The notes under the pieces: generated by a model | Databases searched by the model: none | What the model saw: only the letters and a program-made list of their open reading frames with translations | What the model was told of the DNA's origin: nothing | Assembly: GCA_902789745.1 (NCBI GenBank) | Contig: CADAPH010000004.1 | Span: 314-64,313 of the forward strand | Direction: 5' to 3' | Source: Oscillospiraceae bacterium | GTDB taxonomy: Bacteria > Bacillota > Clostridia > Oscillospirales > Oscillospiraceae | DNA: 64,000 bases | Program-made: the position numbers and the translations under genes | Shown here: piece by piece, positions 32,565 to 42,564 of the stretch | Layout of the letters: every line of letters starts with the position of its first letter | How positions within the stretch are numbered: position 1 is the first letter of the stretch

Positions 32565-33593
32565 TTGAAAAGTTTTTTTGACCGGAAGGAGAAGTTCTGG
32601 TATGCTGTAGCCGAGGTGAAAGCCGTGGATCTGTCCTTTGCCCCAATGGAGGGGCTGAGTTATTGTGAATTTCGAAGGGTACACGCCCGGTTCTTTCCGG
32701 GAGTGGAACAGTACTGCGCGCCTTTTCTGGCGCCGGACGGGCAGGGCAAGGTAAAAGCATCCGCACGAAAGGATCTGCTGCCGGAAAAAAACAAGGATCT
32801 GCGCCTGATCCCCCAGATCCTCTGCAACAGCGCGGGGGCCTTCCTGGCCTTGAGCCGGGAACTTGAGGCCATGGGCTATAAGCAGGTGGACCTGAACGCA
32901 GGCTGCCCTTCCGGAACGGTGGTCCCAAAACATAAGGGCGCCGGCATGCTGCTGGACCTTAACAGCCTGGACGCTTTTTTGGAGGAGCTCTTTTCCCACA
33001 CGGAGCTCTCCGTTTCGGTGAAGACACGGTTGGGTCTCTCCGGTGCGGAAGAGTTTGCGGCGGTTCTGGAGGTCTACAATCGCTATCCCTTCTCGGAGCT
33101 GACCGTCCATGCCAGGACCCGGGACGGGCTCTATCAAAGCACGCCGGACCTGAGCGCTTTTGCCCTGGCCATGAGAGAGAGCCGGGCGCCTGTTCGCTAC
33201 AACGGAAATATTCTCTCCCCCGTCCATGCGGAAGCCGTAAGGGCAAGTTTTCCCGACCTGGAGCGGCTGATGATCGGCAGGGGTGCCATGGCAAACCCCG
33301 CCCTGTTCCGGTTGCTGAAAGGCGGAAACAAGCTGGACAAGGAGGAGCTTCGCGCCTTTTTAGAGGAGCTCTTCGCGGCTTATCTCGATGCCGGGATCGG
33401 GGAACACTACAGTATCAACCGGATGAAGGAGCTTTGGTATTACGTCCACCACATGTTTCCCGGCGGGGACCGGGAGTGGCGGCGGATCAACAAAGCCAGG
33501 ACAAGGGAGGATTACAGCGCCGCCCTACGGGACATGTTCGCCTCCGGACGCTTTGATCCCGACGCAGCCTTTCCGGGCGCCATCCCGAAATAA
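32565..33593 (+). CDS. dus: tRNA-dihydrouridine synthase family protein
   Basis: 342 aa. 'LSFAPMEGLS', 'VDLNAGCPSGTVVPKHKGAGMLLD'. Confidence 0.85.
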   Translation: MKSFFDRKEKFWYAVAEVKAVDLSFAPMEGLSYCEFRRVHARFFPGVEQYCAPFLAPDGQGKVKASARKDLLPEKNKDLRLIPQILCNSAGAFLALSRELEAMGYKQVDLNAGCPSGTVVPKHKGAGMLLDLNSLDAFLEELFSHTELSVSVKTRLGLSGAEEFAAVLEVYNRYPFSELTVHARTRDGLYQSTPDLSAFALAMRESRAPVRYNGNILSPVHAEAVRASFPDLERLMIGRGAMANPALFRLLKGGNKLDKEELRAFLEELFAAYLDAGIGEHYSINRMKELWYYVHHMFPGGDREWRRINKARTREDYSAALRDMFASGRFDPDAAFPGAIPK

Positions 33594-33670
33594 TACCGAT
33601 CTTCAACAAATGAGGAATCATGCAGGAAGCGAATCCCTCCGAAAGATCGTCGGAGGGCTCGTTTTTTTAA

Positions 33671-35434
33671 TCAGATCTTGTATTTCTCCGCGTAGCTCTC
33701 CACCAGCTGTTCAAACTGCTGGGAATGGAGCTCCTTGAGATTGATGAGGTAATCGTGAGTATCAAAGGCGTCGGACTCCAGCTCGATCATGGCGATGGCC
33801 AGGTTGGAGCAGTGGTCCGCCACACGCTCGAAGTTGGAGAGAAGATCGTTGAACACAAAGCCCTGAGACAGGGAGCACTGGCCCTTCTGCAGCCGATCCA
33901 CGTGGCGGAGCTTCATGGTGTCGCAGAGGTGGTCGATATGCTCCTCCAGCGGCTCCACCAGACGGGCCTTCTTCTTGTCCTCCTCCATGAAGGCGCTGAA
34001 GGCCAGGTCCAGGATCTCGTTGATGGCGGCAGTGAGCACGTCCAGCTCATGACTGGCGCTGCCGGAGAAGACGATCTGCTTCTCCTTGAGCTCCCGGGCC
34101 ACATCGGCCACGTTCATCGCATGGTCGCTGATACGTTCAAAATCGCTGAGGGTGGTAAGGAACTTGGAGACGCTCTCGTTCTGCCGGCGGTCCAGCTCGT
34201 TGGTGTTGAGCTTGACCAGGTAGGTGCCCAGCTTGTCCTCATAACGGTCCACCAGGTCCTCGGTCTGCTCCACCCGGCGCATGCCGTCCTCGGAATAATG
34301 CTTCAGAAGGGCCATGGCGTCACGGATGTTCTGCAGGGAAGTGCGGGCCATGGCGTTCACGGTGAGATGGCTCTGCTCAATGGCAAGGGCCGGATGCTGG
34401 AGGAAGCGCTCGTCCAGACGGTCCAGCTCGCCCTCCGCTGCCTGCTCCTCCGCCTGAGGCTTGACGAGAGCGGAGACCAGCCTGATGATCAGAGCATCGG
34501 CCGGCAGCAGCAAAACAGCGGTAGCTACCCGGAAGAGGGTATTGACCAGCGCGATGTTCACCGGGTTCATGGCCATCTGTTCGATGCCGAAGGAGAAGAT
34601 CGCGTTGAGAATGTAATACAAAATGCCGATGACCAGCGCGCCCACCAGCTCGATGACAAGATAGGAAAGCGCCGTCCTGCGGCCGTTCACCTTGGCGCCA
34701 AGGGCGGAAAGCAAAACCGGAAGAGAAGAACCGATGGCAATACCCAGGATCAGGGGGAAGGCGGTATCAAAATGGATCGCGCCGGTCATGGACAGGGCCT
34801 GCAGGATACCGACGGCGGCAGACGCGCTCTGCAGCACCGCGGTGAAGGCCGCGCCCACCAGGATGCCCAGCAGCGGGTTGGAGAAGGCGGTCATCAGCTG
34901 CAGGAAGCCCTCATTGCTCTTGAGCGGTTCCACCGCGCCGCTCATATCCTGCATGCCGAACATGAGGACCGCGAAGCCCAGGAGGATATCCCCCACATGG
35001 TGATGCATCTGCTTCTTGGAGAACATGCGCATCAAAATGCCGATCACCGCCATGACGGCGGCCAGGGTGGAGGTGGAAAAGAGGCTTGCCCAGCTGGAGC
35101 CGGACACGCTGGAAAGGGCGATGATCCAGCCGGTGATGCTGGTGCCGATGAGGGCTCCCTGGATCACGGGGACAGCCTGCTGCAGCTTCATCATGCCGGA
35201 GTTCACAAAGCCCACCACCATGACAGAGGTGGCGGAAGAGGACTGGATCACGGCGGTGACGCCGGCGCCCAGGATGGCCCCGCGCAGAGGCGTGCCGGTG
35301 AGGCGATAGAGCACCAGCTCCATCTTGTTGCCCGCAACGCGCTTCAGTCCGTCCCCCATCAGGCTCATGCCGAAGAGGAAGAGCGCAACGCCGCCCAGCA
35401 GCGCCAGGATATTGGATATATTCATATCAATCAC
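33671..35434 (-). CDS. Na/Pi cotransporter family protein with C-terminal PhoU-like domain
   Basis: 587 aa. 'GGVALFLFGMSLMGDGLK', 'GVTAVIQSSSATSVMVVGFV', C-terminal 'ISDHAMNVA'/'VADHCSNLA' PhoU repeats. Confidence 0.9.
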   Translation of the reverse strand: MIDMNISNILALLGGVALFLFGMSLMGDGLKRVAGNKMELVLYRLTGTPLRGAILGAGVTAVIQSSSATSVMVVGFVNSGMMKLQQAVPVIQGALIGTSITGWIIALSSVSGSSWASLFSTSTLAAVMAVIGILMRMFSKKQMHHHVGDILLGFAVLMFGMQDMSGAVEPLKSNEGFLQLMTAFSNPLLGILVGAAFTAVLQSASAAVGILQALSMTGAIHFDTAFPLILGIAIGSSLPVLLSALGAKVNGRRTALSYLVIELVGALVIGILYYILNAIFSFGIEQMAMNPVNIALVNTLFRVATAVLLLPADALIIRLVSALVKPQAEEQAAEGELDRLDERFLQHPALAIEQSHLTVNAMARTSLQNIRDAMALLKHYSEDGMRRVEQTEDLVDRYEDKLGTYLVKLNTNELDRRQNESVSKFLTTLSDFERISDHAMNVADVARELKEKQIVFSGSASHELDVLTAAINEILDLAFSAFMEEDKKKARLVEPLEEHIDHLCDTMKLRHVDRLQKGQCSLSQGFVFNDLLSNFERVADHCSNLAIAMIELESDAFDTHDYLINLKELHSQQFEQLVESYAEKYKI

Positions 35435-35557
35435 TCCAATGCCCAGATTTTGCTAGTATAATCATATCATGTTCAATCCTATAAAGCAAGCGCAATTGCA
35501 TACAAAAAGGACTGGCATTTCACATGCTTCTGCGGTACAATCTACGCGGGTGATCCT

Positions 35558-36187
35558 ATGACGATACTCTATGAAGACAAAGCGCTTGTTCTCTGCGAAA
35601 AACCTGCAGGCATCCTCTCCGAGGAGGGCGGAATGCCGGGGCTCCTGCGGGAAGCGCTGGGCACGGAGGAGATCTACTGCGTGCACCGACTGGACCGGGA
35701 GACCGGCGGGCTGATGGTCTATGCCCGTACAAAGAAAGCGGCGGCAGCCATCACCAAAGGCATCGAAGAAGGCAGGATGCACAAGGAGTACTTTGCAGTT
35801 GTCGAGGGGGAAACGCCGCCGGAGGGCATCCTGCAGGATCTTTTATACCGGGACGCCGTCAAAAACAAGTCCTATGTGGTGAATCGGATACGAAAAGGTG
35901 TGCGGGAAGCGGAGCTTCGCTACGAGAGGCTCGGCTTCCGGGAAGGGCTTAGTCTGCTGCGCATAGAGCTGAAAACCGGACGCAGCCACCAAATCCGGGT
36001 GCAATTTTCCTCCCGGCACTTTCCCCTGGTGGGCGACAAAAAATACGGGAGCCATTATCGGGACGCGGGTCTGGCTCTCTGGTCAACAAAGCTCAGTCTC
36101 CCCCACCCCGTGAGCGGAGAGGAGCTTCAACGGGAGCTGCCGCCCCCGGATACCTGGCCCTGGACGCTGTTTTCCGATCTTATCTGA
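35558..36187 (+). CDS. RluA-family pseudouridine synthase
   Basis: 209 aa. 'HRLDRETGGLMVYA' catalytic Asp motif, 'GRSHQIRVQ'. Confidence 0.9.
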   Translation: MTILYEDKALVLCEKPAGILSEEGGMPGLLREALGTEEIYCVHRLDRETGGLMVYARTKKAAAAITKGIEEGRMHKEYFAVVEGETPPEGILQDLLYRDAVKNKSYVVNRIRKGVREAELRYERLGFREGLSLLRIELKTGRSHQIRVQFSSRHFPLVGDKKYGSHYRDAGLALWSTKLSLPHPVSGEELQRELPPPDTWPWTLFSDLI

Positions 36188-36195
36188 GCGCAAAA

Positions 36196-36222
36196 AAATC
36201 CCACGCCGCAGGCGTGGGATTT
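36196..36222. terminator. Bidirectional terminator between convergent genes
   Basis: aaatcccacgcc-gca-ggcgtgggattt, flanked by an A-run and a T-run. Confidence 0.75.
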
Positions 36223-36239
36223 CGCATATTCGGAATCAA

Positions 36240-36482
36240 TCAGGCGACGGAGCTCTCCATGAGTCGGGTGAGCTGCTGCTCATCCAGGTGCAGGCCCTGG
36301 GCCAGGAAAGCCACGGTATCGTGCAGGTCCAGCTCGTGCAGCCTTTCAAAATTGGTCTTGCGGTGCCGCAGAACGGGTTCTACCCGGCGGCCCTCGATAT
36401 AACCGCACTCATAGCACATCATCAGGTCGATCTTACGATGACCGTCCATCTCCATCTCATGACCGCAGCAGGGGCACTTCAT
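36240..36482 (-). CDS. Small zinc-ribbon protein, unknown function
   Basis: 80 aa. 'CPCCGH...CYECGY'. Confidence 0.5.
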   Translation of the reverse strand: MKCPCCGHEMEMDGHRKIDLMMCYECGYIEGRRVEPVLRHRKTNFERLHELDLHDTVAFLAQGLHLDEQQLTRLMESSVA

Positions 36483-36704
36483 AGCTTTTTCCTCCTATAT
36501 GGCATTCGGCTTTGCCGAAACATTGTTATTTCTTTCACTTGCAGGACAGAATATAGCACTATGTCAGATTCCTGTCAATCGGCGTTTGTCACAAAACTAT
36601 CAATGTGGGAGACACCTTTTTCACGCCCTGATTGTGCATTTTTTCACAGGCCGTTTTCGCTTTCTTCCTGCCATCCAATTGCCTGTTCTCCCCTCCCGTG
36701 AGAG

Positions 36705-36733
36705 CTTGCGGAGAGCTGTGTTCTTTGCTATAA
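36705..36733 (+). promoter_or_regulatory. Putative sigma-A promoter of prmA
   Basis: TTGCGG, 17 nt, TATAAT with an upstream TGc (extended -10), about 37 nt before the ATG. Confidence 0.4.
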
Positions 36734-36769
36734 TCGCATCCAGGATAATAAGAGGAAAGGAGACACAAA

Positions 36770-37687
36770 ATGCGCTATATTGAAGTGACCGTGAACACCC
36801 CCGCCAAGGAGATTGACCGCCGCTGCGAGGAGATGACCGCCATGGGAGTGGGCGGCTTCATCATCGAAAACGAAGAGGATTTCAAGGATTTTCTGGAGCA
36901 CAACCACGCCTATTGGGACTATGTGGATGAGGATCTGGAGCAGAAGTACGCCGGGGTCAGCCGTATCAAGTGCTACCTCACCGACGATGAGGAGGGCCAG
37001 AACTGTCTGCGGCAGATCCGGGCCGCCTATGGAGACATTCAGATCAGTTACGTGCAGGACAGCGACTGGGAAAACAATTGGCGGGAATACTACAAGCCTA
37101 TCGAGGTGGGCGAAAAGCTGGTGGTGGTCCCGGAGTGGGAGGCGATCCCGGAGGATGGGCGGGTCCCCCTGCGGCTGGACCCGGGTCTCATTTTCGGCAC
37201 CGGGAGCCACGCCACCACCAGGCTCTGTCTTGCCGCCATGGAGCCGTTTGTAAACGCCGACACCAAGGTGCTTGACCTGGGCTGCGGCAGCGGGATCCTC
37301 GGCATCGGTGCCCTGGTGCTGGGGGCGAAGAGCTGTCTCGGCTGCGACATCGATCCCAAAGCGCCGGACGTGGTGTGCTCCAACGGGGCGCTGAACGGCA
37401 TCGGGCCGGATCGGCTCACCGCCTGCGCGGGCGATATTCTCTCGGACGCTTCCCTGCGAAGAAGATTCGGCAGCGGCTATGATCTGGTGCTGTCCAACAT
37501 CGTATCCGATGTGATCATCCCTCTCTCCCGCTATGTGAGGGATTTCCTGGCCCCCGGCGGGATCTGGATCAGCTCCGGCATCATCGAGGGCAGGCAGGAC
37601 GAGGTGCGCGCCGCCATCGAACAGGCAGGCTTCACCGTTTTGGAGCACAGGCAGGAGGAAGAGTGGCACGCCTTCGTGGCGAAATAA
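36770..37687 (+). CDS. prmA: Ribosomal protein L11 methyltransferase
   Basis: 305 aa. 'IDPGLIFGTGSHATTRLCL', 'VLDLGCGSGILGI'. Confidence 0.9.
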   Translation: MRYIEVTVNTPAKEIDRRCEEMTAMGVGGFIIENEEDFKDFLEHNHAYWDYVDEDLEQKYAGVSRIKCYLTDDEEGQNCLRQIRAAYGDIQISYVQDSDWENNWREYYKPIEVGEKLVVVPEWEAIPEDGRVPLRLDPGLIFGTGSHATTRLCLAAMEPFVNADTKVLDLGCGSGILGIGALVLGAKSCLGCDIDPKAPDVVCSNGALNGIGPDRLTACAGDILSDASLRRRFGSGYDLVLSNIVSDVIIPLSRYVRDFLAPGGIWISSGIIEGRQDEVRAAIEQAGFTVLEHRQEEEWHAFVAK

Positions 37688-37717
37688 GATTTGAGCGTTG
37701 GGTTTTGAGAGAAAAGC

Positions 37718-38335
37718 CTATTCTCTTTCATGCAGCCACTGCAGGGCGTCGGAGAGGGTGCCGAGGCGGTCGATCAGGCCAAGGCGCACCGCCTCCTCGC
37801 CGTTGATGACGCTGCCCACGTCATTGGCCAGCTCATCGGTATTGGTCATGAGCCGGAGGTAATCCTCCCGGGAAATGTGGGAATGCTCCGTCACAAAACG
37901 GACGATGCGGTCCTGGATCCGGGCAAAATAGTTATAGGTCTGGGGCACGCCGATGACCACGCCGTTTAAGCGCACCGGATGCACTGTCATGGCGGCGGAG
38001 GGAGCGATCATGCTGCACTGCGCCGCCACGGCCAGCGGCACGCCGATGCTGTGGCCTCCGCCCAACACCAGGGAGACGGTGGGCGTTTTCATGCCGGCGA
38101 TCATCTCCGCGATGGCAAGGCCCGCCTCCACATCCCCACCCATGGTGTTGAGCAGGATGAGCAGGCCGCGGATCTCCTCGCTCTCCTCGATGGCGGCAAG
38201 AAGCGGCAGGATATGCTCGTATTTGGTGGCCTTGGCGTCCTCGGGCAGGACCTGGTGTCCCTCAATCTGCCCCACGATGGTGAGGCAGTGGATGCTCCCC
38301 TGCTTTACAGCTGCCAGCTCTTTCAATTCTTCCAT
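37718..38335 (-). CDS. ClpP-fold TepA-like protein
   Basis: ATG at 38335 follows gggaggtg. 'LILLNTMGGDVEAGLAIAEMI..PTVSLVLGGGHSIG'. Confidence 0.75.
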   Translation of the reverse strand: MEELKELAAVKQGSIHCLTIVGQIEGHQVLPEDAKATKYEHILPLLAAIEESEEIRGLLILLNTMGGDVEAGLAIAEMIAGMKTPTVSLVLGGGHSIGVPLAVAAQCSMIAPSAAMTVHPVRLNGVVIGVPQTYNYFARIQDRIVRFVTEHSHISREDYLRLMTNTDELANDVGSVINGEEAVRLGLIDRLGTLSDALQWLHERE

Positions 38336-38412
38336 GAAATAAACACCTCCCGGGTAGTGTTCCCGGGAGGTGTTCCGTTTATAGATCAAAAACAAATCTC
38401 AAATTGCAATCC

Positions 38413-39795
38413 TTACTTATCCGCGTAGGCGGCCAGGACGCCCTTGTAGGTCATGTAGCAGTCGAACTTGGCGACGACTTCAAAGGGGGCGTGCATACTG
38501 AGGACAGGGACGCCGGCGTCGATGGTATCGATGTTGCGGTTGGCCATGAACTTGGCGATGGTACCGCCGCCGCCCTGGTCCACCTTGCCAAGCTCCGCCA
38601 TCTGCCACACCACGTTCTCCCGCTCGAAGAGACGACGCAGATAGGCAACGACCTCGGCAGAGGCGTCACTGGTGCCGCCCTTGCCGCGAGCGCCGGTGAA
38701 CTTGCAGATGGCCATGCCGTAATTGACCTTGGAGTCGCTGCGCTTCTCGGAGACCTCGGGATAGAGGGGATCGAAGGCGTTGGACACGTCCGCGGAGAGG
38801 CAGAAGCTCTTCTCATAGCAGCGGCGCAGCGCCACGCCCTGGCTCTCGCAGAGGTCCTTCATGAACACGTCAAAGCAGGCGGACTGCATGCCGGTGACGC
38901 CGTCGGAGCCGGTCTCTTCCTTGTCGGCCAGGATGCAGACACAGGTGCGCTCCGGATCCTGCACGTCAAAGAGGGCTCTCAGCTCGGCATAGGCGCAGAC
39001 CCGGTCATCGTGGCCGTAGCCGCCGATGAGGGAGCGGTCCAGACCGATCTCGCAGACGTCAAAGGCAGGCACGGCGGCCAGCTCCGCAGAGAGGAAGTCC
39101 TCCTCGGTGATGCCGTACATGTCGTTCAGGATGCTCATGACGGCCAGCTTCACCCGGTCCTTGCCCTCGTCGGCATAGGGGGTGGAGCCCAGCAGGATGT
39201 TGAGACCCTCACCGGTGAAGCCCTCAGCCATGGTCTTCTTCATCTGGTCGGCGGCCAGGTGGGGCAGGAGGTCCGTGATGACGAACTTGGGCTCGTCCTT
39301 CTCCCGGCCGATGACCACGTTGACCACTTCCCCGCTCTTCAGGGCCACAGCGCCGTGAAGCTCCAGGGGGATGGTGACCCACTGGTACTTCTTGATGCCG
39401 CCATAGTAGTGGGTCTTGAAGTAGGCCAGCTCGTCCTGCTCATAGAGGGTAACCTGCTTAAGATCGATGCGGGGAGAGTCCACATGGGCGCCGGCGATGA
39501 CAGCGCCCTCGGAGAGGGGCTTCTTGCCGATGACGGCCAGGATCAGGGCCTTGCCGCGGTTGTTCTTGTAGATCTTGTCGCCGGCCTTGAGGGCCATGCC
39601 GGGGACGTACTCCACAAAGCCCAGGTCCTCCGCCTGCTCGATGGCATTGACCACGGCCTCCCGTTCCATGCGGGAGCGGTCCAGGTAGTCCATGTAGTCT
39701 TTGCAGTAGTCCTCCACCTTGATGCGCTCTTCGGTGTCGATGAGGTCATAGCCGTTCTTCTGCTCGTAAAAAAGCTTGCTTCTCAGTTCATCCAT
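38413..39795 (-). CDS. M18-family aminopeptidase
   Basis: Start at Met '[11 protein letters not shown]'. 'GAHVDSPRIDLK', 'GGYGHDDRVC', 'GVPVLSMHAPFE'. Confidence 0.85.
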   Translation of the reverse strand: MDELRSKLFYEQKNGYDLIDTEERIKVEDYCKDYMDYLDRSRMEREAVVNAIEQAEDLGFVEYVPGMALKAGDKIYKNNRGKALILAVIGKKPLSEGAVIAGAHVDSPRIDLKQVTLYEQDELAYFKTHYYGGIKKYQWVTIPLELHGAVALKSGEVVNVVIGREKDEPKFVITDLLPHLAADQMKKTMAEGFTGEGLNILLGSTPYADEGKDRVKLAVMSILNDMYGITEEDFLSAELAAVPAFDVCEIGLDRSLIGGYGHDDRVCAYAELRALFDVQDPERTCVCILADKEETGSDGVTGMQSACFDVFMKDLCESQGVALRRCYEKSFCLSADVSNAFDPLYPEVSEKRSDSKVNYGMAICKFTGARGKGGTSDASAEVVAYLRRLFERENVVWQMAELGKVDQGGGGTIAKFMANRNIDTIDAGVPVLSMHAPFEVVAKFDCYMTYKGVLAAYADK

Positions 39796-41002
39796 GGTGC
39801 AGTTTCTCCTCCAATACTTTGTTGATAGTAGCATAAAATGTTGCTTCGTCTTGGTTGTTCTCCACCGTGACCGTGCACCTGGCGCGGAAATAGTCCTCCC
39901 CATGCTGAGCACGGACGCGGGAGAGGGCATAGTCCCGGGTGATGCCGTCCCGGGCCATGATGCGCCTGATCCTCGTCTCCTCCGGGGCCAGGACGCCGAT
40001 GGTGAAGTCGCAGCAAGAGGCCAGAGGGCTTTCCAGCAGCTCGCTGGCGTCCAGGGCAGCCAGGGTCCCGCCCTGCAGGGCGAAGGCCCGCAGGCGGCGC
40101 TGCACCTCCTCTGTGATAGATCGGTGGGTGATCCGGTTCAGGTCCAGGAGGGCTTCCTGGTTTCCGAAGACCAGCTCCCCCAGCTTTTTGCGCTGGAGCC
40201 TGCCCTTTTCCATACAGCCGGGAAAGCGGGCATCCAGCTCAGCAACAAGGGCGTGGTTCGTCTCCAGCAGCTCGTGGTACACCGCGTCGCAGTCCAGCAC
40301 CAGAGCGCCCCGATCCCTGAGGCATCGCAGCGCCGTGCTCTTGCCGCTGCCGCTGGGGCCGGTGACGCCAACGATCTCCATCTCGTCCACCAGGGCGTCG
40401 GCGATTTTCTCGGCGGGGAGGGCACCCTGGCGCAGGATGCGGAAGGGCCTTTGGCTCATGTCCAGGATGGTGGATTCTTTGCCCAGGCCGCAGGGGCCGC
40501 CGTCCACAATGGCGGCGATCTTCCCGTCGAAGTAGGCTTCGACCTCCTCCGCCGTTTTGGGGCTCGGTTCCCCGGAGGGGTTGGCGGAAGGTGCCGCAAA
40601 GGGGATGCCGGAGAGCCGCAGCAGCTCCAGGGTCATGGGATGGTCCGGGCAGCGGAGGCCCACGGTCTCTCCCCTGGCCCGGACGATGGCGGGCACCAGG
40701 TCCTTCGACCGGAGGACGATGGTGAGAGGGCCGGGCCAGAAGTGTTTGGCGAGGGCGTGGGCCTGAGGCGGGACCTCCCGGCAGCAGCGCTCCATAGCGA
40801 GCGCATCCGGGACCATAAGGGAGAGGGGTTTGACCTGGGGGCGTCCCTTTACCTCGTAGATTTGCTCCACGGCGGTCTCATCGAGGCCGTTTCCCGCAAG
40901 GCCGTACACCGTCTCCGTGGGGACGGCCACCAATTGGCCTGCCCGCAGCAGAGCTGCCGCTTCTTTCAGTTCTTCCTGTTCCTTTATGATTTCTGTATTC
41001 AT
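39788..41002 (-). CDS. Fusion protein: L-threonylcarbamoyladenylate synthase (TsaC/YrdC domain) + dephospho-CoA kinase (CoaE)
   Basis: N-terminal '[40 protein letters not shown]'. C-terminal '[32 protein letters not shown]'. Confidence 0.85.
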   Translation of the reverse strand: MNTEIIKEQEELKEAAALLRAGQLVAVPTETVYGLAGNGLDETAVEQIYEVKGRPQVKPLSLMVPDALAMERCCREVPPQAHALAKHFWPGPLTIVLRSKDLVPAIVRARGETVGLRCPDHPMTLELLRLSGIPFAAPSANPSGEPSPKTAEEVEAYFDGKIAAIVDGGPCGLGKESTILDMSQRPFRILRQGALPAEKIADALVDEMEIVGVTGPSGSGKSTALRCLRDRGALVLDCDAVYHELLETNHALVAELDARFPGCMEKGRLQRKKLGELVFGNQEALLDLNRITHRSITEEVQRRLRAFALQGGTLAALDASELLESPLASCCDFTIGVLAPEETRIRRIMARDGITRDYALSRVRAQHGEDYFRARCTVTVENNQDEATFYATINKVLEEKLHHG

Positions 41003-42090
41003 GATTCCGAATTTCGCGTTCCGAACTCCGCATTCTCCGCAAGCTTTTGCGCCTGGTCCGCCGTGACCAGCGCGTCGATCAGCTCGTCCAGATCTCCGTT
41101 GATGATGCGGTCGATGTTGAAGTTTTTGTTGTCGCCCCCCAGGCGGTGATCCGTCACCCGATTCTGGGGGAAGTTATAGGTGCGGATGCGCTCGCTCCGA
41201 TCCCCGGAGCCGATCTGGCTCTTCCGTTCGGCCGCCACAGCGGCGTTCTGTTTGGCCTGCTCCATCTCATAGAGCTTGGAGCGCAGGATCTGCATAGCCC
41301 GGTCCTTGTTTTTATACTGGCTGCGCTCGTCCTGGCACTCCACCACCACACCTGTTGGCAGGTGGGTGATGCGAATGGCGCTTTCGGTCTTATTCACATG
41401 CTGGCCGCCGGCGCCGGAGGAGCGGTAGGTGTCGATCTTGAGATCGTTTGGGTCCAGCTTGAAGTCCACTTCCCCGATCTCCGGCAGCACCGCCACCGTG
41501 GCGGCGCTGGTGTGGATGCGGCCGCCGGACTCCGTCACCGGGACGCGCTGGACCCGATGGCCCCCGGCCTCAAACTTGAGCCGGGACCAGGCTCCGGCCC
41601 CCTCCACCAGGAAGCTGATCTCCTTGATGCCGCCAAGCTCCGTCTCACTGACATTTGCCACCTCGATCTTCCAGCCCCGGGACTCGGCATAGAGACTGTA
41701 CATCCGAAACAGGTCGGCGGCAAAGAGCATGCCCTCTTCCCCGCCCACGCCGCCGCGGATCTCCATAATGACGTTTTTGCTGTCATTGGGGTCTTTGGGC
41801 AGAAGCAGAAGGCGGATTTCCCTCTCCAGGCGCTCTTTCTCTGCCTTTGCGGTCTGGTACTCCTCCTGGGCAAGCTCCCGCATCTCGGGATCGGCCTGGA
41901 GCAAAAGGGCGTCCTCCATATCGGCACAGGCCCGGCGATAGGCAGCGTGGGCCTCCGCCACCGGTTGCAGCTCCCTTGCCTCCCGCTCCACCCGGGCGTA
42001 AAGCGCGGGATCGGAGTAGGTCTCGGGCAGCTCCAGCCGCTGCCTCAGCTCCTCATATTGACGTTCTATGGCTTGCAATCGCTCGAACAT
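40999..42090 (-). CDS. prfA: Peptide chain release factor 1
   Basis: Start at '[15 protein letters not shown]'. 'PVT' tripeptide region, '[14 protein letters not shown]' GGQ motif. Confidence 0.95.
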   Translation of the reverse strand: MFERLQAIERQYEELRQRLELPETYSDPALYARVEREARELQPVAEAHAAYRRACADMEDALLLQADPEMRELAQEEYQTAKAEKERLEREIRLLLLPKDPNDSKNVIMEIRGGVGGEEGMLFAADLFRMYSLYAESRGWKIEVANVSETELGGIKEISFLVEGAGAWSRLKFEAGGHRVQRVPVTESGGRIHTSAATVAVLPEIGEVDFKLDPNDLKIDTYRSSGAGGQHVNKTESAIRITHLPTGVVVECQDERSQYKNKDRAMQILRSKLYEMEQAKQNAAVAAERKSQIGSGDRSERIRTYNFPQNRVTDHRLGGDNKNFNIDRIINGDLDELIDALVTADQAQKLAENAEFGTRNSES

Positions 42091-42261
42091 GATCTTCTCC
42101 TTGTTGGTTTGCATCATTTTACCACAGGCTTTGGAAAAAAGGAAGAGCGACCCTCCCCTCTTGCAAGATTTCTCCGCATGTGCTATGCTGACAGCATCAA
42201 AGAGAAAGTGAGGCTGCGCCATGATCGATCCCCGCGATGTTGATAAAGTTCCCGACGAGGA

Positions 42262-42498
42262 ATGGGAGGAATTCAAAAAGCGCGCCGCGAAGGACGAGCT
42301 TTATTCTGCCGGCTGAATGTGAGCGGGCTCTTTAACAAGGACGACCCCAACTTCCCCGGCTATAAGATCTGGGTGTTCAACAACCAGGGCCAGGGTCTGG
42401 TGGTGAAAAAGCGCAGCCGGGTAGACCCCGCACTGATGGAAAACGTGGAATATGACGCCGAGGGCAAGGAGCTCAGCCGCAGCTTCGAGCCGGCGTAA
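42262..42498 (+). CDS. Hypothetical small protein; start and frame uncertain (possibly split with 42221-42316)
   Basis: The C-terminal part '[31 protein letters not shown]..' looks protein-like but the N-terminus of this frame does not. A 31-aa acidic ORF in the adjacent frame ends at 42316. Confidence 0.3.
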   Translation: MGGIQKARREGRALFCRLNVSGLFNKDDPNFPGYKIWVFNNQGQGLVVKKRSRVDPALMENVEYDAEGKELSRSFEPA

Positions 42499-42564
42499 CG
42501 CAAAGAGATCCCGGAAAAGCGAAGGCTTTTCCGGGATCTTTGCATGATCTTTGCTTTGCGTTCT

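Noticed and set aside
32472-33227. N-terminal 252 codons of the 812-aa track ORF 30789-33227
   Set aside because: This part overlaps the dus gene on the other strand and translates to R/G/P-rich sequence. A GTG at 32471, preceded by GGAGGA and followed immediately by a TM helix, is the credible start.
33725-35461. 578-aa ORF antisense to the Na/Pi transporter. Analogous long antisense ORFs occur at 27685-28500, 29574-30599, 30735-31871, 38404-39825, 39776-41149, 41047-42243, 42544-44463, 44520-45281, 45340-46470, 46328-47332, 47761-48570, 48821-50182, 56570-57922, 58354-59181, 60404-62605 and 62595-63884
   Set aside because: Each overlaps, on the opposite strand, a gene with strong conserved motifs (spoVAD, hexokinase, aminopeptidase, tsaC-coaE, prfA, DUF853, cdsA, rfbB, rfbA, ugd, wzx, ATP-grasp, DegT, capD, DUF4317). 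The composition is non-protein-like (runs of G/R/H/Q/L).
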